Assembly (NCBI GenBank): GCA_037447605.1
Contig: CM074817.1
Location: 1,178,001-1,242,000, forward strand
Length of the DNA stretch: 64,000 bases
From: Zygnema circumcarinatum SAG 698-1b
Lineage: Eukaryota; Plantae; Zygnematophyceae
Direction: 5' to 3'
Shown: positions 49,051-59,275 of the stretch, in pieces
Position numbering within the stretch: position 1 is the stretch's first letter
Layout: every line of letters starts with the position of its first letter
Position numbers and translations under genes: made by a program
Notes under the pieces: model-generated
What the model was told of the DNA's origin: nothing
Database searches by the model: none
Seen by the model: the letters and a program-made list of their open reading frames with translations, nothing else

Positions 49051-49628
49051 ACAATAATATTGAATCGAATCGAACGCAATAATATTGAATCGAACTGAGT
49101 ACGATAATATTGAGCTGAACTGAGCACGATAGTATTGAATCGAACTGAGCGCAAAAATACTGAGTTGAACTGAGCACGATAATATTGAATTGAGCAGAGA
49201 ACGATAACATTGAATCGAACCGAGCACAATAATATTTAATTGAACCGAGCACAATAATATTGACTTGAAGTGAGCACGATAATATTGAATCGAACCGAGC
49301 ACGATAATATTGAATTGAACTGAGCACGATAATATTGAATCGAAATGACCACAATAATATTGAATCGAACTGTGCACGATATTACTGATTCGAACCGAGC
49401 ACGATAGTATTGAATTGAACTGAGAAGATAATATTGAATTGAAGCGAGCACGATAGTATTGATTGAACTGAGAACGATAATATTGAACTGAACTTAGCAC
49501 GATAATATTGAATTGAACCGAGCACGATAGTATTGAGTCGAACCGAGCGTGATATTATTGAATCGAACCGAGCACAATGGTATTGACTTGAACTGGGCAC
49601 GATAGTATCGAATCGAACCAAGCGTGAC
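49051..49628 (+). repeat. 25-bp minisatellite array, consensus GCACGATAATATTGAATCGAACCGA (about 23 units)
   Basis: Regular 25-bp period, e.g. GAGCACGATAATATTGAATCGAACCGAGCACGATAATATTGAATTGAAC. Confidence 0.95.
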
Positions 49629-50886
49629 AGTACCTTCTCACATTTCCCACAGACGCAGACAAAGCAGCCCCGCAAACACTCAGAACATTTCCCCACAGAC
49701 AGACAGACAGAACACCCCCAAAGCACTCAGACAGAACATCCCCACCGACACTCCGAACATCGCCACACACTCTGAAGCACACAGACGGTCCGAACATTCC
49801 TACAGACAATCCGTATAGGCCCACAGACACAGAACAATCGCACACACACAGGGGGATTCAGAGACATTGGTCCTACACAACTGATGTTCAGCATTCCTTA
49901 CACTATCTTGAACATCAATTCGGGCCGTACACTCCCATCCGGCCGTCTCAACCGAGAGCCACATTTAGATCCGAGACTGAAACAAAGAATAGGGCAACGG
50001 CTGCAAACCTAATAAGCTCTGAGAGCCTCCTGCCTGACAAAAACCATGTGGTCCGCTAATGAACTTCACCTATTCACTCTCTCACGAGTATCGCAGGTAC
50101 TACAGCTTTGGTGTACTGACACAGCCCCACCTCTACGTGATCCTGCTTCGAAGATTTAGGGTTGGGGAATGCCTCGGGATTTTCTTTCACTCTAAAGCCA
50201 CTAGACAGGTATGTATGTGAATAATCACCGATAAATCTTCACTATGATTCCCTTGTTTCAGCGTGGTACTGGCTCCCTCTTCAACTGCACCAAAGGTAAA
50301 CGTGCGGGAATATCTTTAGCAAACGTATTTATGACACAGCAGCTGAAGCATTCACACCAATGTTCGTTGGGCACAGTCAACAAACATGCAGCAAAGACTT
50401 GTAGTGATTCTGTCATGCTTCACATTCAGAGCCACTGACTCCAATGCCAACGATGAATACGGTTCTAATATGGTTCTATATGGCAGACTCATCACGATTC
50501 CCGCATCGAATTAAACACAAACCATGTCAGGAGAAACCATGATTGTCGTGCTCAGAAAGACTTGTAAGAAAGGCCCTTTGTATCGGCCAACAGCCTCAAC
50601 AGCAGCTTAAAACTTCACTCACCAACCTACCCTTCATTCTATGATAGCAAACTCCCAACATTGCTCCGAACAAAAATAAATGTAACCTCGCAACTATATC
50701 AACAAGCGGACTTCTGCTCTCGTAGGTGTGCCTATTCTTATTCCAAGTCAAACTGCCTTGCCTTCTTCCTGTTAGTAGAGAGAAGGCTGGGGGAAATGAC
50801 GTTAGTAGAGGGAGAGCGAAAGGAGGGAGGAGTGATGTGGATGCACGAACGATGATCCAATGGTATTTAGACCTCGCGTTAGTCAG

Positions 50887-52939
50887 TCACGTCAAAGTGC
50901 TACTCACCAGATTGCGCAATTCCTCAGCCTTAGCATCATCGAACCCCAGCGCCATCAATATCTGTTGTCCAGCTGACTGCTTCTGCTCCCAAATGCCTAG
51001 CAACATGTGCTCTGTTGTCACTTCGCCTTCGCTTCCTATAGCGCTCCCGCCCACAACCAATGGACAGCCGAGGCACAGGGAAAATTAGCAAGTAAATAGA
51101 GCTTTTTTGCTAAGCTTTCTCTTGCAGCTCAGCTCCCGAGAAAGCATGGCGATTCTTGTTTAACGAGCTTAAGACATGATCATTTTAGTATTTAGAAAAC
51201 AAGGCAAAGCAGAACCTACAAAAGGTCGCTAAAAGGTATGAGCCCCAAAACTGAAACGGCTTGTCATCATTCGAAATTGTATGTCGTCGATTCAACCCTA
51301 AATACCAAAAGATACATAGAACGGGTCGCAGGTGGCTCACCAGACTTCGCCTTCTCGTTCATTGCCCAGTGCAGAGCTGCCTGAGAAGGTTCCGTTAGGG
51401 GAGGATGCTCTGGGCTAAAATAAAACATATCAGCTTTCCCTAAAAGTTTCAAAGTCTCTTCTCGTACACCGAACAACGTAACGCCATTTGATCTCAGAAA
51501 ACGAGCGGCAGCACTAGTTCCTGAAGTCCATGGAGACATCCAAAAAAGGCCCAGAAGCAAAGCATGGAGCAGCTTTGTCAGTTAGAAGCTGACAACAAGC
51601 GAAGGTGCAGCCGAAGTAATATAAAGGCAACGTTACTCTGCTTGCTTTACAGGAGAACGAGAACAAGAAACAAGATGAGTCAGCCCAACATCTAAACGAA
51701 CTCTGTGATCTTTATAAAGGAAGTAAGAAAGGCTGTACAAGATCAATGATTCGCAATGATTTATCATAACAGAATCTGAAAACAAAGAGCACCTAAATTC
51801 GCCTGCGTTGAAAAAATAGTGAGCCTGCTGACTACTTGGAAAGTCGGGACTATTCGTTACTCCATGCTCTTAAACCTTCTTGAACAGTTGGGAAATTCAA
51901 AACCTTTTGGAGCCTGCATGAGTTAAGCTAATTTGCATGACCTCCAAGCCCTGACTTGGGAGCTTACCTTCTGTCAACATGCCCATAAGCAGTGCCTCTG
52001 TGCCTGTTGTAGGATATTTAAGCTTGCGAGCCTCTAACTCCCCCATGCTGAACGATTTTATTGCCCGAGCAGACCATTTGCTGCACACCCTTCGCTTTTC
52101 AAGCATATGAATACCTAATTGTGTGTTCAGCCTTTCCTTAATCTGTCCCTGGACGCACTCAAGTCTATCTGCACAAGCCTGGACGATTAGCTCTGACCAG
52201 AAACATTCTAAAGCATCTAAGCTTTTGCTTCTTTGAGGTTTCTGTACTCCTGTGACAAAGTTATGCGCCCAAATTGTTGTCATGTGAAGGAAAAACAACC
52301 TTTCTAGCTGATTGTCAAACCTCCCATACGGGAATTGGGCTGGACTAGCCTAGGACCGCCAGCAAGCTACTCGATTGCTGGTAGAATGCATAGAACTACG
52401 AAAAGGACCATTGACTGCAAATCTGTTGGATATTGACCAGACTCTCTAAGCAGATTCAAATTCTGATTTGAAGTTGGAGTTCAAGTTGGAGTTTGCAATC
52501 CTATGTCTGAAGGTTAAACATAGAGCTAACCCCCCTCGATTACCAAATTACCCCACTCTGACAAAAAAAGTTAAGCCTGAACGTAAACCTTCCTCCTCCT
52601 GCATGAAATAAGCCTCCTCGTTGTTTCAAAAGGCACTTACGCTGCCGGCAAGCTCATGCAAACAACTCCCCGCTGTCGTTGGGAGGTTGCAGTCCACTGG
52701 GACGCTTGATGAATGCGAGAGCCGAAAACGGCTGACTTCAAAGCCCCCTCAGACATTCTGCTTCTCTCGCTTCCTTCTGCTGCTGCGAGTCCCCTTCCCC
52801 TGCATCGCAGAGAGCTCCGCGTGCAATGCAAATTGGAAGACGCAGGTGATTGGAATCTGACAGGCTCAAAGGAGCCAGAAGTAGAGCCTGAAAGGCAGTT
52901 CAACCGGGAAAGAGACGTGCTGCATGTGGCGGTAGCCAT
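50887..52939 (-). CDS. ClpT: Plastid double Clp-N domain protein, ClpT-like (3' end uncertain)
   Basis: Ser-rich transit-peptide-like exon 1; KWSARAIKSFSMGELEARKLKYPTTGTEALLMGMLTEG; TSAAARFLRSNGVTLFGVREETLKLLGKADMFYFSPEHPPLTEPSQAALHWA; GEVTTEHMLLGIWEQKQSAGQQILMALGFDDAKAEEL. Confidence 0.88.
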
Positions 52940-53536
52940 GGCTAAAGCGAGGGAGAGGGAGAGGGAGATGGAGGGCGAAGGAGAGGGAGAGGATTTGAGG
53001 GCGAAGGAGAGGGAGAGGATTTGAGGGCGCAGGGGGGAGCCGCAAGGGAACTGGAGAAAAATACAAGGGATCAGAGGGATCCACTTGTTCCTAATCAACA
53101 AGCTGGATCCACATGGGAGTTCAACCAGTATGGGTAAACTTGATTTCCGTTTCTCACTGTATCGGATTGAAGTAGACTCGGAGATTTCCGAGGATCCGCT
53201 ATTCAAAGGTGGAGAGTTGCGATTCCACCTCGGGGGTCTACTGGAAAGTGGAAGGTTGATCTCGTTGGACGATCGACTATTTGGGTTTGATCCTAGCAAA
53301 AAGTTGATCCGATAGTGTCTTGCAACTTGCAGGCGGAGGGGGATGAGGGGCCTGCTCATGGCATAGCAACTATAGCAATAATGTATTGCAACAGATATGA
53401 CAATGTAATAAAAAAAATTTAAAGCAACAGATAAGACATTTTGATAGCAGTGGCATCGCACCGCAAGGAATTTTTTTATATTCTTATCATTTTTTAAGTC
53501 TAGGTCAAGTGCTGATTCTTCTCCGTTCTGCACTGA

Positions 53537-56158
53537 ATGGCAGTTGCTTCTAGTGTGAGAAGAAGAGTAGGAAGTATGAGCACGGAGCATCCTCGCGAGG
53601 GTCGGCGACAATGTGATGAATCATTTCTCTCCAGTGACGCGTTCATGCTTGTCTACTTGCCATGTGTACGTGCTGCTCAGACCCCGGAACACCAATGTGA
53701 ATTGAGTCATTTGCAGGAAAGAAAATAGTTCAACACCGTATTGACAGGAAACGTCTAAAGTGCTGCATAATTTTGTAGGTATGGATATGCTTTTAAGCTT
53801 CTAAAAGTATCTGTACGACGAATGATACTACTCGGTGTGGGAATGGAGCTCAGGTTTCTCAGTAATCATCAAAGACACACCATGTCCCAGTGGACAAAGG
53901 AATTTTCTAGTGCTATTCTACTATTGCGTGAACGTAGCATTTGGACAAAATGTGGCTTTACTCTTACTTTGCAGACGCATTGCCGTCTGGACAGAACTGC
54001 AATTTCATGAACTAGTTTTGCGATGCAACAGCCTCACAATAATGTTTACATCCTAGTTCTAGACTTTCCTTGCATAAAGAGTGTCAGACACAGGTCAGTT
54101 ACTTCTCCCGCCTTGTGTACTTTATTTGTGTATTCATAAAACCAATTAACCAATGGTTTTACATTTCCTAGAAGAAAATTATTTCTTGTCCAGTTAATGT
54201 TCGCTTAGTCTATCACACTCAAGATATTGGGATGTAAGGGTTGAGTTGGTTCTTAGCTCAAATGACTCAATGCACCTTTTTAGACTGCAGAGAAAAGGAG
54301 TATGGTTGACCTAACAAGCTTTTGGCTATGGCTTTCTTCTAATGATTTGCAGATAATGTGCTTTCTGGGACTTAGTGAGGTGATCTTGGCCGTGTTATAT
54401 GGCCATGTATGGGGATTCCTAATGGGATCAGCAGCTGTAGTGGGTAGTGTACTTGTTCTTCGAAAACAACCACACACCATCGCTGCAGGATGGTGGCGGG
54501 CTTCATTCTTATTGTACGAAGCACTACCTTGGAAAGCTGATATTGAAAGTGTAACCTTCTGAGGAAAATGCCTTTGTTAAGGAAACGTTATAATTCGTAC
54601 TTAAAAAAAACGCCCCCTGAAAGGTGCTGGGATGCTTACAGGTTCTTCATGTACCTTTCTCTCTTGGTGTTTATTCGACTCGTCAGTTATCGTGGAGCTG
54701 TTGACCTTTCTTCCTCCTTTGGACTCGCTGAAGTTTTTCCTGAGCAATGCCCTCAAGATAAGGTTTGGCAGCCGACCTAACCGGAAATATTACTGATTAC
54801 AACGCGGCTGACATTAAGATTGGCTCAGTATGGCATTTCCTGTGTAAGGGCAGGAATGGTTGACAGTGGAAAGGTGAACCGTCAATGCTGCAATGGATGC
54901 ATACGCAATTTGTTGGTGCTTGTAGCCATGTTATGGGCCAATTGAACTTCTGGGCGAGAATGTGCAGGGCTTTAAGTTGCTCGAAACTTCTGGGGTTGGC
55001 AGCTTCTTGGCTGCGTCCGTATATCCTCTACAGGATCTCATCCCAATGCTGATGAACGACCCCCAATGTTGACGGTTTATATTCAAGATGCCATCAGGTG
55101 AGACTTGTACATTCAGAAGACTCTACATGGAGCAGAATCGTTTAGCAAAACCATTATCAATTGAAAGCCAAACGATTGCACAAAGTCTAAACACTTGCTG
55201 AACGCAAGAACCATGAAGCATGTTCGGTGACTTTTCACGTAAGTTTTATTCAGGAGAAGTTAGGCAGTCTTGTAAGAAAGCTTCGTAAACACAGTGGGAG
55301 TCAGCAAATCCAGGAGCGAGTTTGAGACAGACTCGTCGTTTTTAGGGTTCCTGTGTGTGCTGAAACTGTCTTTTTGGCAGTTCGGTGGAAAAATGGGTTG
55401 CGGCCGAATGCTTTTCTACAAGAGTGCTAGTGAAACGCTGGGAGCCCATGAATTCGAACAGGACAACTGGAAGAAGTTCGTGCATCGTATACTTCCATAT
55501 CAGGTAAGTTAGGCACTATGCCCAGCCTGACGCTGAATAAGCCACTTTGGGAAACCTGAAAGTAAAGAAGTGGGTCTATGAAGAGGAGGGAAAGAATGCT
55601 CTCTTCTCCAAAGACAATCCTCTTTGGTAATTTCATTAATCTATGAAATAAAACTTTTCGAAGGATGCTCCATCATGCTGTTGATCGGTTGTTTGGCGTT
55701 TCTGGGTTTGCAGGGCTCTCAGTTTCTTTATGGGATTTGCAGATGACCTTTACCTAAATGTTGAATGCATTAAAGACGGAGCAGAACGAAAGCAGCCAGG
55801 AACTGGAGGCTATGTACAGATTTCGCTTCAGTCGCAATTACGAATAGGCGAGGTGAAGACCTAATATCTCACTCACTATCCTTCCATCACTACTTTGCTT
55901 CCCTCGTCTTTCATAAAGGAAAATCATTAAAATTTCTCTCTCTCTGATGTTTTACTCGTGCTTCCTTGCTCTTATAATTTCCTTGAGGTCCTTTCATTCC
56001 CTTTCCAACCCCTCCCCCCTCACCCCTTTTGTTTTTTCATACAGGGGGACTTAGGGGTGAATAGGAGTCGAATTAATCGGCTGCTCCAATACTTAAAGTT
56101 TCGCTCGAGTCAAGTGGAACAAGGAGACTGCAACCAGAATCTGGCCAACGATTTGTAG
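53537..56158 (+). other. Candidate unidentified spliced gene or pseudogene
   Basis: A series of AG/GT-bounded open segments (e.g. ~54642-54760, ~54930-55098, 55381-55503 with CAG|GTAAGT, ~55743-55852, 56045-56158). No single consistent frame could be built and no family was recognised. Confidence 0.3.
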
Positions 56159-57644
56159 CTAACCGGTCAGTTCTGTGCCTCAGAGTTCTAATGTGTGAAA
56201 TTTCCCCTGTATGAAATCTACCCATTTGCTCGTCCTTACCATATTGGAACAGAAGGTTTGACCTCTGCTCGTTCTATGTTCTCCTCAGCTTGTTCATCGA
56301 CTTCATTTTTTAGGCTAGTAGGATCATACGAAGAACAATAACATGGGGGACAGATTCGTCACTAGTATTTCAGATTCTATAGTTTGTTCCGGCGTTTGGC
56401 ACGGCATAAGTGCTCTGATATTGCTCAGTTGACTCGCACGGATCCAAACAGTTTAACGTTTTTTTGGCGGGTCTTCGGTTGAACAGAAACCGTGAAGGAA
56501 CGTCACGACATGAACAGTGAAAATAGAGAGCACTAAGGGCACCACCGAGGTCATCTCAGCTGCTTTCCTTCACCAAGCAGTGTAGAAATACATGGTGCTT
56601 ACATTGTTCTATTGTTCCGGCATTGTAGCGGAGGATGGCAGAGGTCCATAAAGTCATTGGTCATTAGGTCGCTAGGTCATTAATCAGATCAATTAGGTCA
56701 ATCTTTGCGAACAGATTCATGGTATGCATGCCCCCCTCCCTTGCATGGCAAAAGCCATCAAAAGGTGTAAAGCGAAAGGGAATCACCTTTTCTGGGAGCT
56801 GAGTGCCTGAACAAGGATAGGCTCATGGTGTGCAGTAGAAAGTGTACGGTACGGAGCATTACATGGAGCGACTGGCATGCCTTGTTGTGCGCAATGCTTC
56901 ATACAGGCACAGCGAACGGGGGTTCTCTCACACGGTTTCTGTCAGCCCTGACAATCAGTTTTGGCCACTGCGCAAGCAAGACTGCTAAATAAGAGACCAA
57001 AAGGAAATGGACCACCCCTCCCCCTTCCCCCACAGACACGTCTTAACCCGAAGTAACCAGATACTGACTTGCAGCTGATCAAATAACTCTAGAAAAAACT
57101 TAAGGAAATCACCAAAAGCCCGAAAAGCCGATTTTGACTATTTGATTTTCACTCGGGTGTTTAGAAACTTCGCGGCTATGGGCAGTTGCAAAAAGAAAAG
57201 TCGAAAACTGGAAATGCTGAAGTGCCTACAACACGGTCAATACTTATCCTTATGTTATTGCATTGCGTTGTACAATTGCAACATATTGGTTGGTGGATGG
57301 TTCACATGACGTGAACCATTCCATAATTTCCTCACCCTTGATCAGTTAGTTTTCCCACATGCCGCTATACAATCTGCCAAAAATCTAACCAGATACATCA
57401 TTCATTTTTTTTGTTGGGATGCAATCCGGCAACCGTAGGCAATGGTTGTGTCGGTCGGGCGGCGATGGTTCCAACCATTGGCAATTGCTGTTCCGGACCG
57501 GCTTGCCGAGACAAGCAGTCCGCCAAGGCATCACCTTGTGACGTCAGCCATGAACAGCTCAAGAACAATGTCCACATTATTGGTCACACCATCGATGTTG
57601 ATGTTTGACCATTTCCAAAAATGAAAGAAAAGAGTAAAATGTGT

Positions 57645-57751
57645 GGGTGCGACACCGGGACTTCCCGGGAGGTCACCCATCCCAGTACTATTCCGGCCCA
57701 CAGGCGCTCAGCTGCAGGTTCTGATGGGATCCGGCGTAGTAGCCTAGGTAT
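57645..57751 (-). rRNA. 5S rRNA gene copy lacking the first ~9 nt (probable pseudogene)
   Basis: Reverse complement: ATACCTAGGCTACTACGCCGGATCCCATCAGAACCTGCAGCTGAGCGCCTGTGGGCCGGAATAGTACTGGGATGGGTGACCTCCCGGGAAGTCCCGGTGTCGCACCC, followed by T-rich sequence. Confidence 0.88.
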
Positions 57752-58539
57752 ACGGACGTCCAAGTGTCAGACCTTGTTCTTTTTTTATTTTTCGTTTCTC
57801 CTTTCGAGGGAAGACATCGGACGCCTCCTTTCGGCAATCGTTGTTTGGGACCGGCGGCAATGGTTGGGAACCAGTGGCAATGGTTGTTTCGGTCCCGTCG
57901 CAATCCCAATCGCAATCCCGTTGCAACCCTTGGAATTCAATGGTTGCAACCATTGGCAATGGTTTTCAATGTTGCCAACCAAACCATTGCCACCGGCCCT
58001 AAACAACGATCGCCAATGGTTGGCAACCTTGGAATTGAAGGGCCGGCGGCAATGGTTGCCAATTGAAAACCATTGCCAATGGTTGCAACCGTACCGCAGG
58101 CAATGGTATGGTTGGAACCATTGGCAATCGTTGTTTTGTTTTGTCCCGTCGCAATGGTTGGCGACCTTGGAATGCAGTGGTTGCAACGATGGGCAATGGT
58201 TTTCAACGTTGCCAACCATTGCCGCCAGCCCTAGACAACTGTTGCCAATGGTTGGCAATCTTGGAATTCAAGGGCCGGCGATGGCAATGGTTGTTTGGGA
58301 CCGGCGGCAAACATTGAAAACCAGTGGCAATGGTTGTTTCGGTCCCGTCGCAATCCCAATCGCAATCCCGTTGGCAACCCTTGGAATTCAATGGTTGCAA
58401 CCATTGGCAATGGTTTTCAATGTTTGCCGCCGGCCCTAAACAACGATTGCCGAAAGGAGGCGTCCGATGTTCTTCCCTCGAAAGGAGAAACGAAAAAGAA
58501 AAAACGAACAAATCCTGACACTTGGACGTCCGTACACGT

Positions 58540-58651
58540 GGTGCGATCATACCTAGGCCACTACGCCGGATCCCATCAGAACTCCGCAGCTAAGCGCCTC
58601 CGGTATAGTACTGGGATGGGTGACCTCCCGGGAAGTCCCGGTGTCGCACCC
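58540..58651 (+). rRNA. 5S rRNA gene copy with an internal deletion of ~6 nt (probable pseudogene)
   Basis: GGTGCGATCATACCTAGGCCACTACGCCGGATCCCATCAGAACTCCGCAGCTAAGCGCCT-CCGGTATAGTACTGGGATGGGTGACCTCCCGGGAAGTCCCGGTGTCGCACCC. Conserved 5S blocks CCGGATCCCATCAGAACTCCGCAG and AGTACT.GGATGGGTGACC; downstream TTTT runs. Confidence 0.9.
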
Positions 58652-58833
58652 GCCCATTTTACTCTTTTCTTTCATTTTTGGAAATGGTCAAACATCAACA
58701 TCGATGGTGTGACCAACAATGTGGACATTGTTCTTGAGCTGTTTCTGGCTGACGTCACAAGGTGACGCCTTGGCGGACTTCTTGTCTCGGCAAGCCGGTC
58801 TGCCAAAATTCCCAAAGTACCCGCTGCCTTTTT

Positions 58834-58930
58834 GGTCTCACGATGGCGATGCCACCAAGGCTGTTCATGGGACGGCAAGCAACGCGGGGAACCACGAGGA
58901 ACCAGCCGCTCAGAAAGAGGGCCCAAGGAC
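58834..58930 (+). mobile_element. ~130-bp dispersed element, copy F (diverged), between the foldback and tRNA-Ala
   Basis: GGTCTCACGATGGCGATGCCACC..GCGGGGAACCACGAGGAACCAG. Confidence 0.7.
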
Positions 58931-58969
58931 GAGAAAAATCACGTCCATCACGTGGAGGAAAAAGGTTTA

Positions 58970-59042
58970 TGGAGACGCGGGGTATCGATCCCCGTACCTC
59001 TCGCATGCGAAGCGAGCGCTCTACCATGTGAGCTACACCCCC
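58970..59042 (-). tRNA. tRNA-Ala(CGC)
   Basis: GGGGGTGTAGCTCACATGGTAGAGCGCTCGCTTCGCATGCGAGAGGTACGGGGATCGATACCCCGCGTCTCCA; anticodon loop TTCGCAT, G3:U70. Confidence 0.93.
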
Positions 59043-59275
59043 TCGGTGAGTTTAATGAGATTTGAATGAATTTCAATTGTGTTACAATGAGGTTGCGTGG
59101 CATGACTCCCACGCAACAGGCCAACTCTCTCTCTCTTTCTCTTGTCCCGCGGCTTCTCCCTCCGGCGAGCTCCGGCGAGCTACGTCCATGTCCGCCTCCG
59201 CCTCGCACTCCCTCCCCTCCTCGCCAGGAAGCTTTCCGGACAATGCCATGACTGCGCAGGGGAGAGATTCCAGCC

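Larger units (their letters stand above)
57496..58800. repeat. 1.3-kb foldback: ~365-bp inverted arms (57496-57860 and ~58423-58800), each containing a 5S rRNA sequence, around a spacer of CAATGGTTG/CAACCATTG repeats
   Basis: Arms match in reverse complement from GACCGGCTTGCCGAGACAAG / CTTGTCTCGGCAAGCCGGTC inward to CGGCGGCAA / TTGCCGCCG. The spacer also holds a ~130-bp direct repeat (~57845-57975, ~58294-58425). Confidence 0.92.

Noticed and set aside
48364-49500. 378-aa minus-strand ORF and overlapping ORFs with QYYR/SIL repeats
   Set aside because: They are by-products of the 25-bp minisatellite and the GC-rich promoter, with no protein-like composition.
45436-49628. CRISPR-like interpretation of the 17-bp and 25-bp arrays
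   Set aside because: Units are contiguous and degenerate with no unique spacers, no cas genes are present, and the context is eukaryotic.
52637-53611. 324-aa ORF as a single protein
   Set aside because: Only the last ~100 codons are ClpT exon 1; the rest is in-frame upstream sequence.
56785-56830. TPP riboswitch-like words (GCTGAG, CCTGAACAAGGATA)
   Set aside because: The required paired helices and GGG/CCC core are missing, and no thiamine gene is nearby.
57621-58765. ORFs of 150-270 aa in the foldback region
   Set aside because: They are read-through of 5S and repeat DNA, with no transposase motifs.
57496-58800. Cassandra TRIM or SINE3
   Set aside because: Cassandra has direct LTRs with a PBS and PPT, and SINE3 has a single 5S head with a tail. 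Here the 5S-bearing arms are inverted.
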